From: an uncultured delta proteobacterium
Lineage (GTDB): Bacteria; Desulfobacterota; Binatia; Binatales; Binataceae
Assembly: GCA_963724765.1 (NCBI GenBank)
Contig: CAVRVY010000002.1
Span: 352,001-416,000, forward strand
DNA: 64,000 nucleotides
Reading direction: 5' to 3'
Notes under the pieces: generated by a model
Seen by the model: the letters and a program-made list of their open reading frames with translations, nothing else
Told to the model about the DNA's origin: nothing
Database searches by the model: none
Shown: positions 47,359-59,215 of the stretch, in pieces
How the letters are laid out: the number at the start of each line of letters is the position of its first letter
Numbering within the stretch: the first letter of the stretch is position 1
Position numbers and translations under genes: made by a program

Positions 47359-47438
47359 GTTTTTCGCTTTTCACTTTTTGCTTTTCACTGGCCTTCCGGG
47401 CTTTCGCGAGCGGTGAGAAGGCGTTTTGGGAGGGAGCG

Positions 47439-48948
47439 ATGCTGACGCCAAACGAGCGCGAGTTCGAGGCCCTGGCCGCAAAGGGCTACAACCTGATTCC
47501 GGTCTGGCGCGAGATTGCCGCCGACCTCGAGACGCCAGTCGGCGCCTTTCTCAAAGTCGCGCGCGGCGAGTACGCTTTTTTGCTCGAGAGCGTGCAGGGC
47601 GGAGAGAAGTGGGGGCGCTATACTTTTCTCGGCTCGGAGCCCGCGATGGTGATGCGCGGGCGGGGCGGGCGATTGGATCTCACGCGGCCGGGACGCAGCG
47701 TCGAGGTGCGCTCGGTCAAAGGTCCGCTGGAAGGCCTGCGCGATGAGATGCGCCGCTTTCGCGCCTATCAGTCGCCCGATCTGCCTCGCTTCTTCGGCGG
47801 CGCGGTCGGCTTTCTTGCCTATGACATCGCGCGCTACTTCGAGCGCCTGCCCACGCATGCGCACGACGAACTCGGCACGCCCGACCTCTACCTGATGCTG
47901 ACCGACACGGTGCTGATTTTCGACAACGTCCGCCAAACGCTCAAAATCGTCGCCAACGTGGCGCTCGAAGATCATCCCTCGACCCGTGCCGCCTACCGCG
48001 ACGCAGCGGCGAAGATCGATGAGCTAATCGCGCGCCTCGATACTCCCGCGAGGGCGCCGCGGCTCGAGAGCGCCGCGAATCTCAACGGCGACGTAGTGAA
48101 GCTTGTCTCCAACCAGACCCGCGAGGGTTACATGGCGATGGTCGAGGCGGCCAAGGAGTACATCGCGGCCGGCGACGTGATCCAGGTGGTGCCCTCGCAG
48201 CGTTTCGAGGCGCCGCTGGAGAGCCATCCGTTCAACCTCTACCGCAGCCTGCGCACGATCAATCCGTCGCCCTACATGTTCTACCTGCAGCTCGACGATC
48301 ACACGCTGGTCGGCGCGTCGCCCGAGGTGATGGTGCGGGTGGAGGGGCGTGAAATCACGCTCCGGCCGATCGCGGGCACGCGCCGGCGCGGCGCCACCGA
48401 GGCCGAGGACCGCGCGCTCGAGCGCGAGCTGCTCGCCGATCCCAAGGAGCGCGCCGAGCACGTGATGCTGGTTGACCTGGGGCGCAACGACGTCGGCCGG
48501 GTCGCGGAAATCGGTTCGGTCCAAGTGACCGAGCTGATGACGGTCGAGCGCTACTCGCACGTGATGCATATCGTCTCCAACGTGCGCGGGCGGCTGCGCG
48601 AGGGATGCGACGCGTACGACGCGTTTCGCGCGACCTTCCCGCAGGGCACGGTGTCGGGCGCGCCGAAAATCCGCGCGATGGAGATAATCGACGAACTCGA
48701 ACCGGTGCGCCGCGGCGTGTACGCCGGCGCGGTCGGCTATTTCAGTTACACCGGCAACACCGACACCGCGATCGCGCTGCGAACGATCCTGAGTGAAAAA
48801 CGGCCGCGTCTATATCCAGGCCGGCGGCGGCGTGGTCGCCGATTCCGACCCCGGCGCCGAGTACGAGGAATCGGTCAATAAGGCGCGCGCGATGGTCCGG
48901 GCGCTCAGCGCGGCACGTGCCTTCGAGACCGCGGGCGGGAGCAAGTAG
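47439..48948 (+). CDS. trpE: Anthranilate synthase component I; one extra base at about 48792 splits off the C-terminus
   Basis: [56 protein letters not shown]; shifted frame gives [18 protein letters not shown]...EESVNKA to TAG 48948. Confidence 0.95.
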
Positions 48949-48950
48949 CC

Positions 48951-49537
<587 letters not shown>

Positions 49538-49541
<4 letters not shown>

Positions 49542-50563
49542 GCGAATTGCGCGACGCTTTCGCCGCCGTGCTCGCCGGCCGCTCGCTCGACGCCGCTCGC
49601 GCCGAGCGCGTGATGGGCGAGATTTTCGACAGCGAGCCGGCCGAGCCGCTGGTCGCGGGCTTTCTGATCGCGCTCAAGATCAAGGGCGAGTCGGCCGCCG
49701 AACTGACCGGCGGAGCACGTGCGATGCGGGCGCGGGCGCGCGCGCTCGATCTCAACGGCGGTAACATTCTCGATACCGCCGGGACCGGCGGCGACGGCGC
49801 CGGCACTTTCAACATCTCTACCGGCGCGGCGCTGGTCGCGGCGGCAGCCGGCGTGCCGGTCGCCAAGCACGGCAATCGTGCGATCAGCGGACGGGTCGGC
49901 GCGGCCGACGTGCTCGAACGCTTCGGGGTGAAAATCGATCTCGACGCCGAGGGCGTGCAACGATGCCTTCGCGCCGCCGGATGCTGCTTCATCTTCGCTC
50001 CGGCGTACCATCCGGTGCTCGCCCGCCTGGCGGACCTTAGGCGTGCGCTCGGCGTGCGCACAGTGTTCAACCTGATCGCGCCGCTCAGCAATCCGGCGCG
50101 TCCGCGCCGGCAGTTGCTCGGCGTCGCCGAGCCCCGGCTGGTGCGCCTGATGGCCGAAGCGCTGGCCGCGCTCGGGGTGGACCACGCGATGGTGGTGCAT
50201 GGCGAAGACGGACTCGACGAGCTGTCGCTCGCCGCGCCGACGCGGGTCGCTGAGGTGCGCGGCTTGGCGATAAACGAGTTCGAGGTCCGGCCGCGCGAGC
50301 TCGGATTCGAGCCCGGCGACGCCTCGGCGCTGATGGTGACCGACGCGGAGCAGGCGACCGAGGTCCTGCGCCGCACGCTTGCGGGTGAGGATGGGGCGGC
50401 GCAAGATGTGCTCGCGCTCAACGCGGCAGCGGCGATTTACGTTGGCGGCCGTGCGCGGTCGCTCAAAGAGGGCGTCGCGATGGCGCGCGAGATTCTCGCC
50501 GCCGGCCGGGCGCTAGAGGTGGTGGAGCGGATGAGGCGGGCGAGTCACGGAGAGACATCATGA
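49538..50563 (+). CDS. trpD: Anthranilate phosphoribosyltransferase
   Basis: DTAGTGGDG..TFNIST, KHGNR, RTVFN, GLDE. Confidence 0.97.
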
Positions 50564-51384
50564 GTTCAAGTTCCGCTTCAACTTCGGCTGCGAATTCGAT
50601 CCTGGAGCGGATTTTCGCTGCCAAGCGCGCCGAACTCGAAGCGGAACGCGCTGCCGTGCCGCTCGAGGCGATTCGCGAGGCCGCCCGGCGCGCATCTCAG
50701 CCCCGTGATTTCCTGGCCGCGCTGCGTAGCTGCCGCCCCGCGATCATCGCCGAGATCAAACGCGCTTCGCCAAGCAAGGGCGATATCCTACCCAGCCTCG
50801 ACCCGGCCGCCGTGGCGCGCGATTATGCGGCCGCGGGAGCGGCCGCGATTTCGGTGCTGACCGACCGTCATTTTAAAGGCTCGCTTGAAGATTTGCGGGC
50901 GGTGCGAGAGGCGGTCGATCTGCCGCTGCTGCGCAAGGATTTTATTTTCAACTCCTATCAGCTCTATCAGGCGCGCGCGGCCGGCGCCGACTGTATCCTC
51001 CTGATCGCGGCGATGCTGAAGGAGGCCGAGATGCGTGCGCTGTACGTCGAAGCCCGTGAGCTTCGCCTTCAAGCGTTGGTTGAAGTCCATAACGAGGATG
51101 AGTTGCGCGCCGCAATCCGCGCTGGCGCCGAAATCGTCGGTATCAACAATCGTGACTTGCATACGTTCGTCACCGATATCGCGGTCACCGAGCGGCTGCT
51201 CGGCGGCTATCGCGGTACGGCGCTCGTCGTCTCGGAAAGCGGAATCGACATGCCCGAGGATATCCGCCGGCTCGACCACGCCGGCGCGCGCGCCTTTCTT
51301 ATCGGCGAGAGCCTGCTGCGCGGGGGCGATCCGCACCACAAGCTCGAAGCGCTCTGCGCCGCGCTGGGGCGGGCTGAAGGTTAA
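50560..51384 (+). CDS. trpC: Indole-3-glycerol phosphate synthase
   Basis: IAEIKRASPSKG, ISVLT, LRKDF, GINNRDL, VSESGI. Confidence 0.97.
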   Translation: MSSSSASTSAANSILERIFAAKRAELEAERAAVPLEAIREAARRASQPRDFLAALRSCRPAIIAEIKRASPSKGDILPSLDPAAVARDYAAAGAAAISVLTDRHFKGSLEDLRAVREAVDLPLLRKDFIFNSYQLYQARAAGADCILLIAAMLKEAEMRALYVEARELRLQALVEVHNEDELRAAIRAGAEIVGINNRDLHTFVTDIAVTERLLGGYRGTALVVSESGIDMPEDIRRLDHAGARAFLIGESLLRGGDPHHKLEALCAALGRAEG

Positions 51385-51392
51385 ATCCCCTG

Positions 51393-52073
51393 ATGACGGT
51401 GCGAATAAAGGTTTGCGGCATCACGCGATGCGAGGACGCCGAGATGGCGGTTGGCCTCGGCGCGGATTTCATCGGGCTCAACTTTTATCCGCCCAGTCCG
51501 CGGTGCTTGGCGCTGGAGCCGGCGGCGGCGATCGCGCGTATCGTCAAGGGACGCGGGCGGCTGGTCGGCGTCTTCGTCAACGCCGCGCGCGCCTATGTAA
51601 GGGAGCGCCTGGAATCGCTTGAGCTTGACCTGCTGCAGTTTCACGGCGACGAAGACGACGATGCGCTGGCAGGATGGCCGGTACCGGTGATTCGCGCGCT
51701 TCGGCTGCGCTCCGACGCGGCGCTCGACGTGATCGATATCGGCAAAATCAAGGCGGACTTTATTTTGCTCGACACGTTTCATCCGCAGCTTTTCGGCGGC
51801 ACCGGACAGGCGCGCCGGCTCGACGCCCTCGGGGCGCTCGATTTAAGCCGCGTCTTCGTCTCGGGCGGATTGACGCCGGATAACGTGACCGAGGCCGCGG
51901 CGCTCAATCCCTATGCGATCGACGTCGCCAGCGGCGTCGAGTCGGCGCCGGCTATCAAGGACCACGACAAGCTCCGGAGCTTCATCGCGAATGCCGGAGC
52001 TTCAAAAGCTTCCTCCGTCAACTCGAAACCTTCGCCAGGATCTTCCCACGCCCATGCAAAGCTACCCCGATAG
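51393..52073 (+). CDS. trpF: Phosphoribosylanthranilate isomerase
   Basis: [31 protein letters not shown]. Confidence 0.96.
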   Translation: MTVRIKVCGITRCEDAEMAVGLGADFIGLNFYPPSPRCLALEPAAAIARIVKGRGRLVGVFVNAARAYVRERLESLELDLLQFHGDEDDDALAGWPVPVIRALRLRSDAALDVIDIGKIKADFILLDTFHPQLFGGTGQARRLDALGALDLSRVFVSGGLTPDNVTEAAALNPYAIDVASGVESAPAIKDHDKLRSFIANAGASKASSVNSKPSPGSSHAHAKLPR

Positions 52074-53247
52074 GCGCGGACACTTCGGCGAGTTCGGCGG
52101 CCGCTACGTCGCCGAGACGCTGATGCCGGCGCTCGCCGAACTGGAGAGCGCCTACCGCGCGGCGCGGCGCGACCCGGGCTTTCGCGCCGAGCTCGAGCGC
52201 TACTCGCGCGAGTACGTCGGCCGCCCGACGCCGCTTTACTTCGCCGCCAACCTGACCGCGAAACTCGGCGGCGCGAAAATCTACATCAAGCGCGAAGACC
52301 TCTGTCATACCGGCGCGCACAAGGTGAACAACACGCTCGGCCAGGCGCTGCTCGCGGTGCGGATGGGCAAGTCGCGGATTACCGCCGAGACCGGCGCGGG
52401 ACAGCACGGCGTGGCGACGGCCACGATGGCCGCGCTGTTTCGGCGCGAGTGCGAGGTCTTCATGGGCAGCGTCGACGTCGAGCGCCAGTCGCTCAACGTC
52501 TTTCGCATGAAGCTGCTGGGCGCGAAGGTCACCGCGGTCGACGCCGGCAGCCGCAGCCTCAAGGACGCGCTCAACGAGGCGCTGCGCGACTGGATCGCCA
52601 CCGTCGCCAATACCTACTACCTCATCGGTACCGCGGCCGGGCCGCATCCGTATCCGATGATTGTGCGCGACTTCCAATCGGTGATCGGACGCGAGGCGCG
52701 CCGCCAGATTCTCAAGCACGAGGGCCGGCTGCCCGACGCGCTGGTCGCCTGCGTCAACGGCGGCTCCAACGCGATCGGGCTCTTCTATCCGTTCATCGCC
52801 GACAAGGACGTGCGCATGTACGGCGTCGAGGCGGGCGGCCTGGGGCTGAACGGCCCCTCGCATGCGGCGACGATCACCGCCGGTAGCGTCGGCGTGCTGC
52901 ACGGCAATCGCACCTACCTGTTGCAGGACGAACTCGGGCAGATTCGCGAGACTCATTCGATCGCTGCCGGACTCGACTACCCCGGCGTCGGCCCGGAACT
53001 CGCATGGCTCAAGCAGAGCGGCCGCGCCGAGTACGCCGCGGTCACCGACGCCGAGGCGCTCGACGGACTGCGCCTGCTCTCCGAGAGCGAGGGCATCATT
53101 GCGGCGCTGGAGAGCGCGCATGCGGTCGCGTATGCGGCGCGGCTGGCGCCCACGATGGCCAAGGATCGCGTGATGATCATCAATCTCTCGGGGCGCGGCG
53201 ACAAGGACATGCAGACCGTCGCGCGCGCGTTGGGGGTGACGCTGTGA
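52054..53247 (+). CDS. trpB: Tryptophan synthase beta chain
   Basis: [47 protein letters not shown]; likely ATG 52054. Confidence 0.98.
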   Translation: MQSYPDRRGHFGEFGGRYVAETLMPALAELESAYRAARRDPGFRAELERYSREYVGRPTPLYFAANLTAKLGGAKIYIKREDLCHTGAHKVNNTLGQALLAVRMGKSRITAETGAGQHGVATATMAALFRRECEVFMGSVDVERQSLNVFRMKLLGAKVTAVDAGSRSLKDALNEALRDWIATVANTYYLIGTAAGPHPYPMIVRDFQSVIGREARRQILKHEGRLPDALVACVNGGSNAIGLFYPFIADKDVRMYGVEAGGLGLNGPSHAATITAGSVGVLHGNRTYLLQDELGQIRETHSIAAGLDYPGVGPELAWLKQSGRAEYAAVTDAEALDGLRLLSESEGIIAALESAHAVAYAARLAPTMAKDRVMIINLSGRGDKDMQTVARALGVTL

Positions 53248-54104
53248 GCGGGCGCGCGATGGCGAAGAAAGCGGCGGGGCGAATCGAAAAAAAATTCGCC
53301 GAGCTGCGTGCGCGCAATGAAGCGGCGCTGATTCCGTTTATCGTCGCCGGCGACCCCAACCTCGAAGCGACGCGCGGCCTGGTGCTCGAATTGGAAACCC
53401 GCGGCGCCGACCTGATCGAACTGGGCGTCCCGTTTTCCGATCCAATGGCGGACGGGCCGGCCAACCAGCGCGCGCTCGCGCGCGGGCTTGCCTCGGGCGC
53501 CTCGCTGGCCGCGATCCTCGCGATGGTGAGCGAGCTTCGCCGCCAAAGCCAGATCCCAATCGTGCTGTTCGGCTACTACAATCCGATCCTCCACTACGGA
53601 TGCGAGCGGCTGTGCGCCGACGCGGCGCGCGCCGGCGTCGACGGCCTGCTCGCCGTCGACCTGCCGCCTGAAGAGGCGGCCGAGCTTGCGCGCCCCGCCC
53701 GCGCCCACGGCCTCGACCTTATCTATCTGCTCGCGTCGACCACGCCGGTCGAGCGCATGCGCAAGATCGCGCGCGTAGGCAGCGGCTTTCTATACTACGT
53801 CGCGGTGACCGGCGTGACCGGCGCGCGCACCAGTCTCGCCGCTGGTCTCGAGGCCCGCGTGCGTGCGCTGCGTGCGGTGACCGACCTTCCAGTGGGCGTC
53901 GGCTTCGGCATCTCGACCGCCGCGCAGGCGGGCGAGGTCGCCGGGTACGCCGACGCGGTCGTAGTCGGCAGCGCGCTCTCGTTGATAATCGAGCGCGAGG
54001 GTGTCGGCTCGGGCCTTGCGCCCGCGGTGGGCGAGGCGGTGGGTGCGATGAAGAACGCGATGCGCGCGGCGCGCGGAGTTGTGCGCGCCCCGGCGGGAGG
54101 CTGA
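53244..54104 (+). CDS. trpA: Tryptophan synthase alpha chain
   Basis: [34 protein letters not shown]; start GTG 53244 or ATG 53259. Confidence 0.97.
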   Translation: MSGRAMAKKAAGRIEKKFAELRARNEAALIPFIVAGDPNLEATRGLVLELETRGADLIELGVPFSDPMADGPANQRALARGLASGASLAAILAMVSELRRQSQIPIVLFGYYNPILHYGCERLCADAARAGVDGLLAVDLPPEEAAELARPARAHGLDLIYLLASTTPVERMRKIARVGSGFLYYVAVTGVTGARTSLAAGLEARVRALRAVTDLPVGVGFGISTAAQAGEVAGYADAVVVGSALSLIIEREGVGSGLAPAVGEAVGAMKNAMRAARGVVRAPAGG

Positions 54105-54107
54105 GCG

Positions 54108-54974
<867 letters not shown>

Positions 54975-55009
54975 GCTTTAGGCGGGCGGCAGGCTAAAAT
55001 TCCGCAGCG

Positions 55010-56320
55010 ATGGCACGGATATCCAAAACGCTTGACTGGCTCTATTCGCTCGAGGGCCGCGGCGAGATCTACAAGCTCGAGCGCATGGACCAGGCGCTCG
55101 CGCTGATCGGCGATCCGCATCGGCGCTTGCGCGCGGTCCATATCGCCGGCACCAAGGGCAAGGGTTCGGTGGCCGCGATGCTCGACGCGATCGCGCGCGC
55201 CGCGGGGTTGCGTTGCGGGCTTTACACCAAGCCGCACCTGGTCCATCTGACCGAGCGCACCCGGATCGACGGCGCCGAGATGCCGGCGCGGCTGATCCTG
55301 GAGTACATCGAGCGGCTGCGTGCGATTTACGAACGCGCGGATCTTGCGCTCACCTTCTTCGAGTTCACGGTCGCGCTGATGTTCCTGTACTTCGCCGAGG
55401 CGTCGGTCGACCTCGCGATTATCGAGACCGGGCTAGGCGGGCGGTTGGACTCGACCAACGTGGTGACGCCGCTGGTCAGTGTGATAACGCCGATCGGCTT
55501 CGACCACATGGATCGCCTCGGCCACACGATCGCGGCGATCGCGGCCGAGAAGGGTGGCATCATCAAGCCCGGCGTGCCGGTGGTGATCGGCGCGCGCGAT
55601 CCCGAGGCGCGCCGGGTGCTGACGTCTTTAGCCGCACAACGCCAAAGCCCGGTCCGGATTGTGGACCGCGATTTCTCTTTTCGCTCCGGCGCACCCGCCC
55701 ATCTGCTTGACTATTTCGGTCTGGGGCTCGACCTTGAGCGAGTTGAGCTGGGGGTGGCCGGGCCGTTTCAGCATGAGAACGCCGCGACCGCGCTCGCCGC
55801 GGTCGAGGCCCTGCGGGCGCAAGGGTGGCGGTTGGAGGAGCGGGCGATACGGCAGGGGCTGAAGGAACTGCGCTGGCCCGGGCGGTTCGATGTGGTGTCG
55901 CGCCGGCCGCTGGTCATCCTTGATTGCGCGCACAACGAACTCAGCATTGGCGCGCTGCTTGAAACGATTGCCGTAGAGCTGGGGCCGCAGGTCAGGCCGC
56001 GCCTGGTCTTCGGCTGCCTCGAGGACAAGCAGTGGGCGAAGATGGCGGCCATGCTGGCGCCGCGCGTGCGCGACGTGACGCTGACACGGGCGCAGCCCAA
56101 ACGTCCGCTCGAGCCCGAGAATTTGCTGCCGCTGTTTTCCGCGCAGGTTCCCGCGCGCGTGGTGCGCGACCCACGCCGCGCGGTGGAGCAGGTGATATCG
56201 GAGAGCGGACCTGACGACGTTATCGTGGTGACTGGATCGGTCTACCTGGTGGGCGAGATATATCCATTCTTCCTCAAGCGGCAGGGACGGCGGGGGCTAT
56301 TTCCTGAAGCTGCTATGTAG
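55010..56320 (+). CDS. folC: Folylpolyglutamate synthase / dihydrofolate synthase
   Basis: HIAGTKGKGS, ETGLGGRLDSTNV, WPGRF, DCAHN, TGSVYLVG. Confidence 0.96.
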   Translation: MARISKTLDWLYSLEGRGEIYKLERMDQALALIGDPHRRLRAVHIAGTKGKGSVAAMLDAIARAAGLRCGLYTKPHLVHLTERTRIDGAEMPARLILEYIERLRAIYERADLALTFFEFTVALMFLYFAEASVDLAIIETGLGGRLDSTNVVTPLVSVITPIGFDHMDRLGHTIAAIAAEKGGIIKPGVPVVIGARDPEARRVLTSLAAQRQSPVRIVDRDFSFRSGAPAHLLDYFGLGLDLERVELGVAGPFQHENAATALAAVEALRAQGWRLEERAIRQGLKELRWPGRFDVVSRRPLVILDCAHNELSIGALLETIAVELGPQVRPRLVFGCLEDKQWAKMAAMLAPRVRDVTLTRAQPKRPLEPENLLPLFSAQVPARVVRDPRRAVEQVISESGPDDVIVVTGSVYLVGEIYPFFLKRQGRRGLFPEAAM

Positions 56321-56419
56321 AGCGCTGCTCGCGATATTGTTTGCGCTCGCGGCCGTGGGCGCACTCGCCCCGCCGCACGCCCATGCACGGGCAGTCCAGG
56401 CCGCGCACCGCGGCGTCGT

Positions 56420-57076
56420 ATGAGCGCGCTCCTCGCCGCGATCGTCCACTTCGTCGAGCGCACCGCGGCTATCGCGCGCACCGGGCTCGCGTTCAGTCCC
56501 CACGGCTTCGACGCCGAGCGTTACGAGGATCTGTTGCGCGAGGCGGCTGCGATGCGCGCGGCGCTCGACGGCGCGGGTCCCGAGGAGGCCGCCGAGCTTC
56601 TGCGCCGCTGGCGCGCCGAGGTGCGCGAGGGTTACGACGGCTACGTCACCACGGCCTCGGGATGCGGCGTGATCGCGTTCAATCAGCGCGGCGAGCTGCT
56701 GATGATCCTGCGCCCTAACGGCCGCTGGTGGTATCCAACCGGGTTCTGCGAGGTCGGGATGTCGCCGGCGGAGAACGTGGCCAAGGAGGCCCGGGAGGAG
56801 ACCGGGCTAATCGTGCGGCCGCTTTGCCTGATGGCGATCATCGACAGCCGCAAGGCCGGCTCGGTCCATCGCCACATTTATTCGCACCTGTTCTACTGCC
56901 GCATCGAGGGCGGCGAGCTCAGGCCCAACCCGCTCGAGGCGCTGGAGGCCGGCTTCTTCCCGTTGGATCAACTGCCCGAGCCGCTTCACGGAGTGGACCG
57001 CAAATGGATCGGCCTTGCGCGCGAGTTCCATTTCCAGGGCCGCCGCGAAACCTACTTCGATCCGCTCGACTCATAG
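56420..57076 (+). CDS. Nudix hydrolase with N-terminal helical extension (ADP-ribose pyrophosphatase-like)
   Basis: IARTGLAF...FDAERY N-terminal domain; Nudix box G-x5-SPAENVAKEAREETG. Confidence 0.88.
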   Translation: MSALLAAIVHFVERTAAIARTGLAFSPHGFDAERYEDLLREAAAMRAALDGAGPEEAAELLRRWRAEVREGYDGYVTTASGCGVIAFNQRGELLMILRPNGRWWYPTGFCEVGMSPAENVAKEAREETGLIVRPLCLMAIIDSRKAGSVHRHIYSHLFYCRIEGGELRPNPLEALEAGFFPLDQLPEPLHGVDRKWIGLAREFHFQGRRETYFDPLDS

Positions 57077-57110
57077 CCTTTCGATGACGCGGTGCTTGTG
57101 ACAAGTCAGG

Positions 57111-57159
57111 TCAGGCGGGATCAGATCGGTCAGGCCGGATCAGATCAGTTCAGGCGGAT
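57111..57159 (+). repeat. Imperfect 19-20-bp tandem repeat at the RES toxin 3' end
   Basis: TCAGGCGGGATCAGATCGG / TCAGGCCGGATCAGATCAGT / TCAGGCGGAT. Confidence 0.6.
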
Positions 57160-57863
57160 TTGAGCGCCTCGATCGCCGGCACCGGAGTGCCTTTCCAGCA
57201 AAACCGATAGGTTGTCGACTTGCGCACGTTCATCACCAGCGGCGGCCGAAAGCATCCCAGGCACGCGCCGCCCTTGTGGCGCACGCTCGGATAAACCACG
57301 CCCAGCGAGCGCGCCCGGACGAGCAGCCGATGCGCCAGCTCCTGGGAGGCTACGTAGCTCGCGGGCGCGAGGCACTCGGCAAAGCGCTTGTCGCCACAAA
57401 GATCGTGGAACTCGGCGCTGAAGTCGGCGAGGAAATCGTCGTAGGTAACGACCTCGTCGAACCAGCCGACTTCCGCCAACTCGACCGATTTTCGAAACGC
57501 GACCTCGGCTTGGGCGGTTTCGAGCTCGAAGGCGGCGTACCAGGCGCCGCGCTCCGGCCCGTTGAAACGACTGCCCAGCGGATGCGCGTGGCCGAAGGCG
57601 GCGTTGACGATGCGATAGTACGGAACGCCAAACACGAGTTCATCGATGCCGATGCCAGGCAAAAGGCTATTTTCCGCCAGCAGCCGGTCGTTGGCGGCGT
57701 TATCGAGATCGAAGATGTCGCGCAGGTGCTTTGCGTCGTCAGCGATGGCGGCCAGGACGCTCGCGTCGTCGCCGGAGTATTTGGACGGGATCAGGCGATG
57801 TGTATCGAATTGGCGGACGAGCGTCATGCGCGGGAGCGGTGCGTCGCGGCGCGAGCGGGCCAC
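57150..57863 (-). CDS. RES-domain toxin (putative NAD+-consuming)
   Basis: THRL, SRFNGPERGAWYAA, TAQAEV, SYVASQ, GVVYPSVR motifs supply the R, E and S residues. Confidence 0.88.
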   Translation of the reverse strand: MARSRRDAPLPRMTLVRQFDTHRLIPSKYSGDDASVLAAIADDAKHLRDIFDLDNAANDRLLAENSLLPGIGIDELVFGVPYYRIVNAAFGHAHPLGSRFNGPERGAWYAAFELETAQAEVAFRKSVELAEVGWFDEVVTYDDFLADFSAEFHDLCGDKRFAECLAPASYVASQELAHRLLVRARSLGVVYPSVRHKGGACLGCFRPPLVMNVRKSTTYRFCWKGTPVPAIEALKSA

Positions 57864-57883
57864 GTTCGCGCGACCCGCCCGGG

Positions 57884-58324
57884 CTACATCCCGCCGCGGC
57901 GCGCGTCGAGCAGCCGATGCACGGTCTGAATCGCGGGCATGCCGGCGCTCATCATGAAGGCGAGCGGCGTGCGCCCGGCGAAGATGCGGTTGCTGTTGGA
58001 TAGCTGCACCCAGGCGTCGGCCAGCTTCCTGGAATAGATGATGTTCAGCGCCTTGAATATGCCGACCAGGTGAGAAATTCGCAGCAGGCGGTCGGGGTCG
58101 AGCATCCGGCTGGCCGGCGCCTTCTTCATCTCGTAAAACGGCCCGTTCGAGATCCCGCCGAGCAGGACGCGGGCATCCTCGTCGCGCACCTTCCAGCGCG
58201 CCATGACGTTGAAGAATGCCCTGATCGCGGACGGGCTAAGCCGCTCACGTTCGGCCTTGGCGGAGAGGTCGATTAACGGCGAGGGCTCGTAGCGGGTGGC
58301 CGGATAGCTGAGAGCGAAAGACAT
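57884..58324 (-). CDS. Xre/MbcA/ParS-type antitoxin
   Basis: N-terminal HTH (W...ARVLLG), RISHLVGIFKAL, AWV...N..FAGRTPL...LLDARRG; directly upstream of the RES gene; ATG 58324. Confidence 0.88.
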   Translation of the reverse strand: MSFALSYPATRYEPSPLIDLSAKAERERLSPSAIRAFFNVMARWKVRDEDARVLLGGISNGPFYEMKKAPASRMLDPDRLLRISHLVGIFKALNIIYSRKLADAWVQLSNSNRIFAGRTPLAFMMSAGMPAIQTVHRLLDARRGGM

Positions 58325-58424
58325 GATGGGTCTCCGTCTTAGGAGTATTGTTACTCCGATTGCGTAGACCGTCAACCGGGTGCGCGAAGACGAGAGCGGC
58401 GTCGAAGCGCGGTGCTGGCGGCGC

Positions 58425-59215
58425 TTAGCCGGCGGCGACCTGGCTGCGCTGGGCGACGCGCGCCGCAAACCACATCGCGGCCGCCGCAAAAACGAGGCTG
58501 ATCCCGACCGATGACGCCGCGCCCGGCAGCGCGCCCAGTGTGTGCGGCTCGGCCAGGTAGAGCGCGCGCCTCAACGCCGCCATCCCGTAGGTCAGCGGAT
58601 TGAGCCACATGACCCAGCGCAGCCAGACCGGCGCGCCGGCGGCCGGAAAGAACGCGCCGGACAGAAACCAGATCGGCACCAGGATCGAGTTCATGATCAG
58701 ATGAAACCCGCGGGTCGACTCGATGCGCCATGCGATCAGGAGCCCGATGCAGTTAAACGCGAACGCGATTATCGTCATCACGGCGATCGATGCAACTACC
58801 GCAACGGCGCTCAGATGGATTCCGGCGAGCGGCGCCAGCACCAGGAACACGCATCCCTGGAACAGCGCGAGCGTGGTGCCGCCCAGCGCCTGCCCCGCCA
58901 CCACCGTGTCGCGCGCGATCGGCGCGACCAGCACACCCTGCAGGAACCCCTGGCGGCGGTCGTCGACGGTCGCGATGGTGGCGAAGATCGCGGTGAACAG
59001 CAGCACCAGCATGATTACGCCGGGGTAGAAGTACTGCACGTAGTCGATCCCGAGGGCATCCCGCTCGGCTTGAACGAGGCCCGAAAGCCCCATCCGATTA
59101 GCACCCAGAAAATCAGCGGCTGCACGAACGACCCGATAATCACGCTGCGCTGGCGGCGAAAGCGCACGATCTCGCGCCACCACAGGGTCCACACTTGCAG
59201 GGCGATCCGGCCCAT
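58425..59215 (-). CDS. ABC-2 type exporter permease, frameshifted at about 59050
   Basis: N-terminal half WREIVRF...QPLIFW (ORF 59015-59215) joins DYVQYFYPG...FLSGAFFP...NPLTY if one G is added to the run in TCGGGATC. Confidence 0.88.

Noticed and set aside
47310-47438. Phe-rich N-terminal extension of TrpE given in the ORF track
   Set aside because: It is a translation of the attenuator T-tract; the real start is ATG 47439 after GGAGGGAG
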